A stretch of DNA of 64,000 nt from Chrysomallon squamiferum. Taxonomy: Eukaryota; Animalia; Mollusca. Of the stretch, positions 41,973 through 56,200 are shown piece after piece; the stretch's first letter is position 1; every line of letters begins with the position of its first letter. The position numbers were made by a program, and so were the translations under genes. The DNA lies in NCBI GenBank assembly GCA_012295275.1, contig CM022668.1, positions 7,254,001-7,318,000 on the forward strand. The letters are read 5' to 3'. Under the pieces are notes generated by a model that was not told where the DNA came from, ran no database searches, and worked only from the letters and a program-made list of their open reading frames with translations.

Positions 41973-44900
41973 GTTGTTGTTGTTGTTGTCAATATCATCA
42001 TCATCATCATCACCACCACATTATAATTGTCATCACTGTCATTCTCATTATCATCATCATTATTATAATCATAATCATTATCATTATTTTCTAACATGTT
42101 TTAGTCTGTATAAGTTTAAATGTACAGATGCAGTTGTATAAGAGAATCTCACTGACCTGGTAAAGACTTGACTGGTGTGGAACCCATTTCTCACTGGCAT
42201 TTCCTCCATGCCATGTCCCCAACAGACTCAAACACACCTTACCATCCGAGTACAGGTTTGGGTTGAAACTGAAATAACAAAAATCAATTGCAGTACATTT
42301 AAACACTTTTACCATCTGAGTACAGATTTGGGTTGAAACTGAAATAACAAAAATCAATTGCAGTACATTTAAACACCTTTACCATCAGAGTTCAGGTTTG
42401 GGTTGAAACTGAAATAACAAAAACCAATTACAGTACATTTAAACACCTTTACCATCCGAGTACAGGTTTGGGTTGAAACTGAAATAACAAAAACCAATTA
42501 CAGTACATTTAAACACCTTTACCATCCGAGTACAGGTTTGGGTTGAAACTGAAATAACAAAAACCAATTACAGTACATTTAAACACCTTTACCATCCGAG
42601 TACAGGTTTGGGTTGAAACTGAAATAACAAAAACCAATTACAGTACATTTAAACACCTTTACCATCCGAGTACAGGTTTGGGTTGAAACTGAAATAACAA
42701 AAAACGATTACAGTACATTTAAACACCTTTACCATCTGAGTACAGGTTTGGGTTGAAACTGAAATAACCAAAACCAATTACAGTACATTTAAACACCTTT
42801 ACCATCCGAACACAGGTTTGGGTTGAAACTGAAATAACAAAAATCAATTACAGTACATTTAAACACCTTTACCATCCGAGTACAGGTTTGGGTTGAAACT
42901 AAAATAACAAAAACCAATTACAGTACATTTAAACACCTTTACCATCCAAGTATAGGTTTGGGTTGAAACTAAAATAACAAAAATTAATTACAGTACATTT
43001 AAACACTTTTACAATCTGAGTACAGATTTCTGTAAAAACTGAAATTAAATAGAAAACAAATACAACATGTCTTGAGGCAAATGGTTACAGGTTTATATTC
43101 CAGGAACGGAACAGAGTTTTAACGTAGTTTTATCTATTTAACTATTTGGTTAGTCACTGTAAAAAAGTGATAAATCCAATCTATGTCTAACTAAATGCCT
43201 GGTAATGCATTTTATCTTGCAGCTTTCAGCTTTTAAAAGAAAATTATCTTGTTCTTAGCAGAAAATAATCTTCTTGAGATGTTAAAAGCAATTATGGAAA
43301 GGTTTTTTTCTCATGCAATTTTTAACACTTAAAAGAAATTTCTCAGTTTTTAGCTACAAAAGAAACTTCTACAGGCATTAAATAATAATAAAAAAATAAA
43401 TAAATAATATACTAAATAATAACAACAACAACAACAACAAAAAAAAAGAAGTAAATAAATAAATAATAATAATAATAATAATATTTTTTCAATTAAAGCA
43501 ACAACAAAAAAATTCATATGACACTAATTCTTTCCCTCTTTCTATGAGATTAAAACAGGTTAAAGGAAGAACTCACCGCACAGTTCCGTTTCCTGTAGTG
43601 ATAAGTTTGATGAGGGGAGGGTTGTTGGGGTAGCTGGAGGGGAAGTACACATCAAAGACAAAACATCCACAACTGTACGGAGTTCCTGCAGGACCAGTCA
43701 CCACTGCACGCATCAAATCCATCCTGTCATCATCCTGTACACAAAAATACTAACTTAATCCTGTACACAAAACTAAAATACTAACTTAATCTTTACACAA
43801 AACAAAAACACTAACTTAATCTTTACACAAAACAAAAACACTAACTTAATCTTTACACAAAACAAAAACACTAACTTAATCTGTACACAAAACAAAAACA
43901 CTAACTTAATCTTTACACAAAACTAAAATACTAACTTAACCTGTACACAAAATTAAAATACTAACTTAATCTGTACACAAAACTAAAATACTAAGTTAAT
44001 CTTTACACAAAACAAAAATACTAACTTAACCTGTACACAAAATTAAAATACTAACTTAATCTGTACACAAAACTAAAATACTAACTTAATCTTTACACAA
44101 AACTAAAATACTAACTTAACCTGTACACAAAATTAAAATACTAACTTAATCTGTACACAAAACTAAAATACTAACTTAATCTTTACACAAAACAAAAATA
44201 CTAACTTAACCTGTACACAAAATTAAAATACTAACTTAATCTGTACACAAAACTAAAATACTACTTAATCTTTAAACAAAATTAAAATACTAACTTAATC
44301 TTTACACAAAACTAAAATACTACCTGACCTTTACACACAAAAAATACTACTTAATCTTTAAACAAAATTAAAATACTACCTGACTTTTACACAAAACTAA
44401 AATACAACTTAACCTTTAAACAAAATTAAAATACTACTTAATCTTTAAACAAAATTAAAATACTACTTAATCTTTAAACAAAATTAAAATACTACCTGAC
44501 CTTTACACAAAATTAAAATACTACTTAACCTTTAAACAAAACTAAAATACTACCTGACCTTTACACAAAATTAAAATACTACTTAATCTTTAAACAAAAT
44601 TAAAATACTAACTTAATCTGTACACAAAACTAAAATACTAACTTAATCTTTACACAAAACTAAAATACTAACTTAACCTGTACACAAAATTAAAATACTA
44701 ACTTAATCTGTACACAAAACTAAAATACTAACTTAATCTTTACACAAAACAAAAATACTAACTTAACCTGTACACAAAATTAAAATACTAACTTAATCTG
44801 TACACAAAACTAAAATACTACTTAATCTTTAAACAAAATTAAAATACTACCTGACCTTTACACAAAATTAAAATACTACTTAACCTTTAAACAAAACTAA

Positions 44901-45403
44901 AATACTACTTAACCTTTAAACAAAACTAAAATACTACCTGACCTTTACACAAAATTAAAATACTACTTAATCTTTAAACAAAATTAAAATACTACTTAAT
45001 CTTTAAACAAAATTTAAATACTACTTAATCTTTAAACAAAATTAAAATACTACTTAACCTTTAAACAAAATTAAAATACTACCTGACCTTTACAAAAAAC
45101 TAAAATACAACTTAACCTTTAACAAAATTAAAATACTACTTAACCTTTAGATAACCTTAAAATACTTCTTAAAACTTTAGACAGAATTAAAACACTACTT
45201 AATCTTTAGACATCATAAGAGCTGCTAATTATAAACAGTCAAATGAAGAGATCTTGTTTAAGATTTTTACACTGTGTATTTTATATAGAAATATCTTGTT
45301 ACCTGTGATATGAAAATGGCAGCTCCTGAGTGTACAGGTAAGTTTTGTTGTAGTTGTTTCATTTCCTTCAAGAGAGTTTTCACCTTTGCAGATCTTAAAT
45401 GTA

Positions 45404-45445
<42 letters not shown>

Positions 45446-45508
45446 TTATATATGATATACAAAAATAAAAAAAATAAAAAACGAGTCAAACTTATTTTTT
45501 TAACTTAC

Positions 45509-45550
<42 letters not shown>

Positions 45551-47651
45551 CTCTCATACCTATAGACATATTTTTAAAAATTTAAGACAAAATATAATTA
45601 TACCTTGGATCAAGTTCTTGTATGTTGCCATGGTAACTATGAGATTCCTAAAATATTAAAATAATAATAATAATAAATGTGTAAAAATAATAATAATAAA
45701 ATAATTTCATTTTACTCTTTTATTAATATGTCTCAATTTAAAAGATATGTAAGAAAAAAAGATTAAAAAATAAATAATAAGAAATCATTAGCACAATGAA
45801 CAAAAAAAAATAAATAAAAATAATCAATAATTAAATCAATGAATAAATAAAAAGAATATGATCAAGAGAAAAGGAAAGAAAATGTCTAATCTTAAATGAC
45901 AAATGAAATGTACTGCTGTCAAATATGTAGATACGTTTTGAAATACATGTTCATTTAAATTTAAGGAACATTACATTTAACATTTTTAATGATTATATGT
46001 GTGAACAAACCAAAATATTTTCTGAAATGAGTCTATAAGAACTCATGGTACTGGTATAGACCAGTTCTAATTTCTCCTTGACAACCTCCATGGACGCCAC
46101 CTTTGTCAGCCAATCAGATTCAAGCTTACTTCCTGTCTGTTTCTGATGTAACTTGCATTCTGACTGGAGAACTCGCAACTGTTGAATATTTTTAAGAAAA
46201 TTTTATAAATCAATAAGAAAGAAATCAATTAATAAATAATTTAATTGATATGAAATGTAATAACAAGATAATTAATTCATTCTTTTTAAAAATATAAATT
46301 ACAAAATATAATAAATCAAATAATCTGAAGAATAATTACTGTTCTTTTTTATAACCTATTTATAATCTATAATATCATACTGAGAGTTAGGTTTTTGAAC
46401 TGTGTGCACTAAGTTACCAAAAACATGTTTGAAGATCAATCAATTTATTTAATTTTTATGATTATTCTTCGTATTTGATGTCAGTTACACACACACACAC
46501 AAACATAGACATAGATATTTTATTAAATGAGTGAGTGAAACAAATATATATCTTTTACTGTTAATAAACACACATAATGGTAAGAACAAATAAAAATAAA
46601 GCACAAATTAAAAGACAGAATTAGCAAATGGGATTGATACAATTAAACAATGAACGATGAATTTTTTTTTTTTAGTTTGGTTAAAAATCAAAATAGTTGT
46701 TCCAAATTATATTTTAAATAATTAATACAAATCTGTTACTTTTGTTATTATTAATTTTTTTGGGGGGGAAAAGAAAAAAAAAGAATCTTCTAACCTGTTA
46801 CTAAAAGTTCACACTGAATAGGAAAGAAAATTTATCAATTCTGATATGGAACAAACAAATTTCACAAAAGGCCATACAATTCTGAAATGGGTCATTCACT
46901 CCCTAACAGACTAAACCATTTGATGACTGGGTGAACGATTTTGGAAACATCTTAAACACGCTTACACTGGCTTACACTACAGACCTTTTTTAGTATTATT
47001 TTCAAAATTTATTATCAGCAAAGATTGGTTTCAGTAATTTGTAATGATTATTTCCATCTGCGCTTAAATATTACTTTATACCTCTTATTAAATCTGAATT
47101 ACTTGCATCTCTCACTGAATCTTTCCAATTAGATTTTACCTTATTAAATCCAATTTACTGTACCTCATATTAATTATTTTACCTTTAATTGAATCAGATT
47201 TGTATAATTCACCTGATATTTAATAATTATTTACAACAGATTTTTGTTTTAGACATCTTTTACTAAATGCGTATCATAACACGTTAACTAAACATAATAT
47301 TTTATTTCGATGATTAAAACTGATGAATTTTTCTGATTAAATCGTGAATTACCTCTTTGATTAAATCTGATAAATGCTGTACAGAATCGACATCGGTCAG
47401 ACCCTGCGCTGACAACACGGACAGCGCCTTTTCTAAGTTTCCAATCTCAAAATCTGCATCTTTTACCATAGAAACCAAGAAGCCATCAGTCCGAGATTTT
47501 TCTTGGACTGAAATTCTCAGAATTATATCAACTATTTGGGAAAGCAGTTTCTTAGGGCTGAAGTTGTATCTGAACATAAGAACAGAAAAAATAATAATAA
47601 AAAAATAAAGATAAATTAGAAATTTACAAATAACTGTTCTGACTGCCAATG

Positions 47652-47695
<44 letters not shown>

Positions 47696-48060
47696 AATAA
47701 ATAAATAAAATAATAATAAATAAAAATAATCACAACAACCACAACAAAAATAAATAAATAAACAATTTCATAAACAAAGAAAGAAACCAATTCATAAATA
47801 AATAAAGAAACAAAGAAAGAAATAAAAACAACTCTAATAACAAAGAATGAATGAATGTTTAATGAAACCGTCAACCCATTTTTTTGCTATCATTATTTTT
47901 CAAATAATGCAATTTATTTTAAAAACCAAAACTAATACCTCCCAGCAATGGGTCATTCTTATTAATTAGCAAGTAGGGATCCTTTTTATTCACCTACCCA
48001 TGAACAGTGGTTGGTCAGAATTATGGGTAATTAGCTGGATGGACAATAGTGTTAGAAGTA

Positions 48061-48091
<31 letters not shown>

Positions 48092-48343
48092 AAAAATAAA
48101 ATAAAGCGAGCAAGTTTACAGATCAGAATTAAAAAAAAAATGCAGAAAATTATTTGATAATAAATACAGTGCAGGGTTCCACACAAATACAGAGGTAATT
48201 CTAAGGTAAAGATATCTACACCAAAATATAGCTAAAATAACAATAAATAAATAAATAAAATTTAATTATTATTATTATTATTATGATTGTTATTTCTGTT
48301 GTTACTGTTATTATTATTATTATTAATGCTGTTACTGTTAGTA

Positions 48344-48379
<36 letters not shown>

Positions 48380-48665
48380 GTTATTGTTATTGTTATTGTT
48401 ATTTTAAATCTAATTAATGAAAAATTTCTTTCAGACACTGTTTTTTCAATCTGATACACAAATACTGATAGGAAAACAAATTTGTAATTAAACTATCATC
48501 AGTTTACACTAATCTCGAATTCTGCTGTGTAAAGGATCCTATGTTTCTAAGCCAGAAATTTTTCTTTTACTGATGGAAAACCCTGCACTGCTGTTGACAC
48601 CCATTAGTCAGTGAGTCATAAATGGTGCTACATGTAAAGAGAAATGAACAGCAAAAAAGAGTAAC

Positions 48666-48754
<89 letters not shown>

Positions 48755-50731
48755 TTTATCATAACCAATATTTTTTTTAATTGAAATTGACATTATGCAC
48801 AAATGTTAACAGTGACAGATATACAAAAAGACACAGACAGATGAACACAGACATAAAAGGTAGTAAATGAGGTTCTACTACAGTGAAAATTCTACAACCA
48901 TCTTACTTGTCCATATCTTTCACTTTAAAATCTTTTGCCTTTGTTCCACATAACGATTCCAAAAATCCACAAATCTGAAAGCAAATTTCAGAAATAGAAA
49001 TATGAGCTAAGCCATCTATCAGTCAGAATGGAAATCAACTGATTGCAAGGATCAACTTACTGACAAAATGTTTCACCCTTTCACTGCCTAATTAAAAATA
49101 ATTCCAACAGATGGCAGCACCTACTGGGCTGATATAACGTCTGGGAGTTTCTTGGGTGTGTTCACTTCTCACAGTACAATGAGAAGTTTTAGAGGCCAAA
49201 ATGTAAATCTGCTTTTATCAGTTAACAGTAATCAAATATTTTTAGTGGATATTTCTGCTTATCGTAAGGAAAGAATTAAAGGTATTCCAAAAATTATGTC
49301 TGTTAACATTTTCCTAAGTTTAATTTTGTGTGTAAGACATTCCAAATAGTTCAATATTAATGGCTATTCATAATATTTTACTTAAAACCAAAATTATATG
49401 TGTTAACATTTTTCAAAGTTTAATTTTGTGATTAAAGAGAAGGAAATTGAATATAAAAGAGAAAAATGTGCAAACATCATAATTCAGTGTGTCTACAACT
49501 GAGATAGTATATGATTAATGTTTCATGTTAAAGCTGTGAAGTGAAACACTTACCACAGAAGCACTTCGCTGAGCCAGAGGCTGTTGAGTGAAACACAGCG
49601 ACACTTCGTCTGTCTTTGTAAGCAGATTTATAAAACTCAGTGTCTCGTTGGCCTGCACAAATAAATAAACAAACAAACAAATAAATAAAATAAATAAATA
49701 AATATAATAAATACAATAAATACAATAAAATAAAAACCACTAATAACAAAGAATAAATGAATGTTTAAAGAAACAATGTTTATTTTTATAATATAATATA
49801 ATATAATATAATATAATATAATAAATATATAAATAAATAAGACAAATATTATATTAAAATAATAAAATAAAATAAAATGAAAAAATAAAATTAAATTAAA
49901 TTAAATTAAATTGACATAAAAAAGTTAAATAAAAAAAATAAAAATAAAATAAAAACAAAACATTAAAAAAATAAAATATACACACACACAAATTAAATTA
50001 AATGACATAAAAAAGTTAAATTAAAAAATAATAATAATAAATAAAAATATAAAACAAAACAAACATAAAATAAGGAAATAAAAATGACACACATAAACAA
50101 GAATTTTAAAAATGAGAAATTTAGGGAAAAAAAGAAAAATGAAGGACACTTCCATGAAGTACAAAGAAAGAAAAGAAAGAAATATAAGGAAAGAAAGCGG
50201 CGAAAAAAGAAATAAAAAACAAAGAAAATAGGATGGATACAAAACACATACAGAACAGTAATAAAAACACTTCATTTGAAAATATAATCATGTCATAAAT
50301 CTATAGTGAATCTATTATAATTTAAAAAACACCTCTAACTATACATTTAAAACACTCTACATACCAGAGACATGAAACCCTTGGCAACATGTTCCTCGAT
50401 TCTTAAGAAATGTTCTTTTTCCATTCGTTGTGTGACTGAGAGACCTTCCCAGGCACTTTCTGAAACAAATAATTCAAATAAAGAATGACAGTGATATAAT
50501 AATACTGTTATTAATGCCATGGTTATGATACAGTGCTGTGTAATGTAATATAGCATGTAAATAATTTACATAAAGAATGTCAGTGACACAATAATATTGT
50601 TTTTAATGTCATGGTTATGATACAGTGTGATGTAATGTAATATATCACATAAATAATTTACATAAAGAATGTGTGACACAATAATATTTTAAAAACAATG
50701 AGAGGGAAGTGGGTGAAAAAAACAGAGAAAC

Positions 50732-50822
<91 letters not shown>

Positions 50823-52911
50823 GAGAGACAGAGAGAGAGTGAGAGAGAGAGAAAGAGAGAGACACATGTACAGAGAATGTTTGAGTGAGAGAAATAAAGA
50901 GGACAGAAAGAACAGAGTCAGACACAGAAAGAAAGACAGAGAACGAGAATGAATGAGTGAAATGACAGAAAGAGAAAGAAACACAGAAATACAAGTTGTT
51001 CTAAAACTTCTATTGCAAATTTAATTTAAAAGCGATGATATGAGCCTGTGTTATTTTATTATCCTCCTTCTGGAAGAAGATACACAGACACTGATGAAGA
51101 TGTACTTACTGTTTTCTTTGCTGATTTCAATTTTTCTGATATTTGCTAGTCGAGACAGACTGTCATGTAGCATGTACAACAAAGTGTCCAAAATACAGCC
51201 CAGAAAACTCTGAAAGCAAATAACATAAATAAAGAACAAAATAAAATATACATTAAAAATAGTGTTTGGAAGAAAGTTTTTTTTATTAAATTTTAAAATA
51301 TTAATACAACTACTACTACTACTAATAATAAATAAATAACAAAAACTGAAAATCCATAACTAATTTTAAACATATGAAACAAATCTAAAATAAAAATTCC
51401 TCAAATCATCATATATTAGAAAATTAATTACTGTCTATACATTCTAACAGTAATCATTATATAACCATTCATACAAAAATAATCATATATACATTCTAAC
51501 AGTAATCATTATATAACCATTCATACAAAAATAATCATATAAACGTTTACCTATTTAACAAAAAACACATGCTCACTCAAAATAAAATGCCATTAACATA
51601 ATCTCACCCAATACATAAGCTCACATTACTATAAAACACATTCTCACTTGAAACTGTCATGACAGAAAAATATTCCTTGCATGTAATACATACATGAATT
51701 TTACGACACTGTATATGACATGCAGTTCACTGACAAACATAAACCAAGTGATATATCCCAACTGAGATCATTTGAAGGTTAATAAAATGTGAAATAAATT
51801 CTGAAATACCTGGAAAAGCTCTGTCTGACAGAGGGCAGACATAGAAGCCCTGCAGTCAGCCCTGTGCCACAGGTGTCGAATCAGTTTTCCCATTTCAGAC
51901 CTGAAATATGTCAATAAAACACTGCTTCAAAAGAAAATCACTTTTAAAATAATACATTTTAGTATTTATTTCAAAACCTCTATAACGCCTCAGTTTTTAA
52001 AAAAAATTGTTTATATTTTTAAACACCTAAAGGATCTTGGGCAGATTTTTCAGTGAACATGATGCCACTAGATATAAAATTCTGCCAAGTGAAAACTTGT
52101 AATTTCACTAATTAAATAAGTGGAGAATGTAGTAAACATGGATATTTATAAACGACACCAAAATTTCTGAAAAGTAGTGTGACCAAAACACAAAAAGTAT
52201 GGGATATCTCAAAGGTTAACAACACATTTTAAATAAAATGTCTAAGATACAAATCATGATACAGGAATGACTTAATATTTTAAATGAATTTTAATGAAGC
52301 ACAACAATTTAAATAAATTTTTATGAAATGACATTTTAAATAATGATTATAGACTAAAGAACAAAAAAAGAGAAAAAAAGAAAGAAAATTGAAATTGTTG
52401 AAACCTTGCAGCGTATTTGTCAAACTCGTCTTTATCAACATCGAGGCCCTCAACCACATCGACACTGATGTACGCCCTCAACAACGCTGGCCCCAGGTTG
52501 TTTTTCACAGAAGGACAGGTGTGAACCATCGCAGCCAACTCAGACATAATCCCACTGCCCCACCCCGGACCACTGAAATACAAAACTGAAATTTAAAACA
52601 TTCTGGTTTCTTAATTACTATTACTGCTATTACTGCTATTATTATTGTTGTTATTATAATTATTATTTTATTTGCTGTTGTTGTTGTTGTTGTTTGTGTT
52701 ATTATTATTCTTATAATGATTATTATTATTATTATTAATATTATTATTATTATTATTATTAATGTTGTTAATATTACTGTCATTATCTTTGTTATTGTTA
52801 CTGTTATTTTTATTGTTATTTGAAGTCTTATTGATGAAAATTATTTTATGTTTGTTTACAAAATAAAAGGAAAATAATGTAACAATAATAATATGTAATA
52901 AAAGCAGTAGG

Positions 52912-52944
<33 letters not shown>

Positions 52945-53200
52945 ATACAATAAATACAATAACAATAATAATAATAATTAATTAATAACAACAACAATAG
53001 CAACAATAAAAATAAACAAAAAAATACAGCACTAATAACAAACAATGAATAAATGTTTAATGTTTGCCCTCATTCCATTTTGTTAGTACATAATAGCAAT
53101 GGCAGTATCAATAACAATAAAAATAAAAGTATTAATAATTAAATAATAATAGTAATTCAATAACAACAATAGTATTAGTAGTATTAATAATATCAATAAC

Positions 53201-53231
<31 letters not shown>

Positions 53232-56200
53232 ACATTAATATATGTCATATAAATTGTTTTTGAATATAATTAATAAATGGGTTAAAAAAATACTAATTTA
53301 AGTATAGGGTCATTCCGTGTCAAATCATCCAAAAAAAAAAAAATTTAAACCCGACCCTCTCAGGTTTTAGTTAATCAGATGTTAATGGCTGAAAAGGTGT
53401 TATTTTCATGTATGTGCATTTTTTAAGTCTATATTGTGGCTAAACAAAAAATATTACACCCAGGAAACTTTTATATGTTTTAGTTAACATGTGGGAGATT
53501 AAATTTTAATAAAGGTCATCTCAAGATCACGTGATCCACACGGTCAATTTCAAGGTCATAGTAAAGGTCAAAAGGTCAAGGTACTCAAAGATTTGGAATC
53601 CTTGTCATTTTGCCTTTCTAACAATACCAATTTTATGAAGATTGGCCCAGTAGTTCCTGAGATATGAGGGTTCTAAGGTTGGTGGTCACACCCATTTTTG
53701 CCAAAAATCTCAAAATTCGGTGGGCCGTATCTCCCACACCACTGGTCTGATTGGGCTAAAATTTCAGATTTGGTGATGTGGGATCCCAGTCAACAAGTAT
53801 ACCAAGTTTCATAAAAATCTGAGACAGTCGGGTTTAAACCATTGGGTGATTTGACACGGAATGACCCTATATTTTTCTTTATTTATCTACATTAACCATA
53901 ATTAACAAATAAAAAGTATAAATCTGAGTGAACATAATACCCAAAAGATTTCATTTACAAAAAAATTTTAAAAAAATTAAAACAAAAAAAAAATGTGTTA
54001 AAGGTATCTATATCTGTATCTATATAAAGAACAGAAAAACTATAAAAACCTGACAGACGGATTTTTGGATGTCTGGACAAAATGATACAGGGTTGACACT
54101 ATCTTACTGGCTGCTACTGGACCAGGCATGAGATCTGGTCTCTCCAAAAGGGTCACGCAACAGTCAACAAAGGAAGATAACTACAAATAACAAGGGAGAT
54201 AATAAACATTGAAAGGGAGTTAATTATATTCATTTATAATGGACTTTGTAACATTTACAATGGAAGATATTATTGTAAAAAGAAATTTATATATAACAAG
54301 TGTAGATTATTGTAAAAAGAAGTTTATATAACAAGTATAGATTATTCTAAAAAGAAGTTTGTATTAGAAGTACAGATTGTTGTAAAAAGAAGTTTGTATT
54401 AGAAGTACAGATTGTTGTAAAAAGAATTTTTGTATTAGAAATACAGATTGTCATAAAAAGAAGTTTTTATTAAAAGTATAGATTGTTGTAAAAAGATGTT
54501 TGTATTAGAAATATAGATTGTTGTAAAAAGAAGTTTTTATTTACAGATTGTTGTAAAAAAGTTTTTATTATACAGATTGTTGTAAAAAGATGTTTGTATC
54601 AGAAGTATAGATTGTTGTAAAAAGAGGTTTTTATTAGAAACATAGATTGTTGTAAAAAAGAAGTTTGAATTAAAAGTATAAATTGTTGTAAAAAGATGTT
54701 TCTATTATCATATTGTTGTAAAAAGAAGTTTGAAGCTCCTTTATGATTGTTACAAAAAAGAAGTTTGTAGCAAAGTATAGATTGTTGATTAAAAAGAAGT
54801 TTGTATTTGACACAGAACTAAAAGGAAGTTTGAAAATGTTTTTCTTTTCAGATTGTTTTAAGTTTTTTCATCTTCAGATTGTTGTAAACATTCTGAAATG
54901 AAAGAAACTAACTGTCACAATTTCTGAAGAGGTAAAATAAAAAAATGTAAAATCTGTTAATAAATTATTTATTTTGACACAGAACTCAGGAATCTTAGAA
55001 AATGTTTTTTCTTTCAATTTTTAAATTTTTCATCTTCATTCTCTAGCTAAAAATGTTTGAAAAAATAAATTAGTATCAAGAAACAAAAAAAAAAAAAATT
55101 AAAATCTGTTCAGGAATAAAATTTTATTTTGTTAGTCAAATTTAATTATTATCAGAAACAAAATTTTTAAAATTTTTCATAACAGAAATAAAATGATTAT
55201 TTTTCAATTCATTTACAGCATTTTAAAATTTTTAAAATTTATATTTGTAAATAAAATAAAATCTTTCTTTTTAAATTCATAACATAAATAAAAATTTTAA
55301 AAATATAATTTGTAATAGAAAATAAAATCTTAAAATTTTAACTTCATAACAGAAACAAAAGTAAAATTTTTAATCAGTAACAAACAAAATGTTTAATTTT
55401 CAGTTCAATATACAAATAGAACGTAAAGATTTTCAGTTCATAATAGAAATAAAATGTTTAAAATTTAAAATAACAGAATAAAAACCTGTGCAGTTTCTTC
55501 AATCAAGCTGAGTAAGAGCGAGGCCTGAGTCAGATAAAACAAGCTCACTTTTCTTGCTAATTCTGGGTCTGCTAAACTCGCATCCCACATCAAAGTCATC
55601 AGCTGGAAGTAGACAGGTAAATATCTGTTAAACTGTTTACTTAAATCTTTGTTTTAAAACTCATGATGAATCAGAAATAAAATATATCTACTTGTTAAAT
55701 GGTAAAATTATATATTAAAGCTTTGAAATAGTTTATACATCATGACAATGAAAGAAAAGAAATGAATATTTAACTTTCTTACACACTAATATATTAACAT
55801 TCACTAACACACTAACCACATTCACTAACACACTAACCCACAAACATTCCAACACACTGACACAACACACTCAAATCAACATATTAACATTCTTATATAT
55901 AAACACAGTAACATTATCACACACTAACACTGTAACATTATCACACACTACACAGTAATATGATCACACAGTAACACTATAACTTTATCACACACTAACA
56001 CTGTAACATTCTCAAACACTAACACATTAACTCTCACACCAACCCATTAACTCTCACACTAACACATTAACTCTCACACTAACACATTAACTCTCACACA
56101 TTAGTACTTTCATACACTAACACATTAATACTCTCATATACCAACACATTAACTCTCACACTAACACATTAACTCTCACACTAACACATTAATACTCTCA

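Noticed and set aside
42236-43045. CRISPR-like array
   Set aside because: Eukaryotic intron; whole units repeat with no unique spacers and no cas genes.
40398-46178. Calling the minus-strand gene BIRC6, UBE2O or UBE2Z
   Set aside because: Only the UBC module matches; the upstream exons are Ufd2-like and no BIR domain is visible.
46880-46950. NDPF on the minus strand as a U-box remnant
   Set aside because: An in-frame TAG lies just upstream and no other U-box residues are present.
47840-48010. Resemblance to gastropod SINE-like repeats, suggesting a species assignment
   Set aside because: Similarity is from memory and too degraded to support a call without a search.
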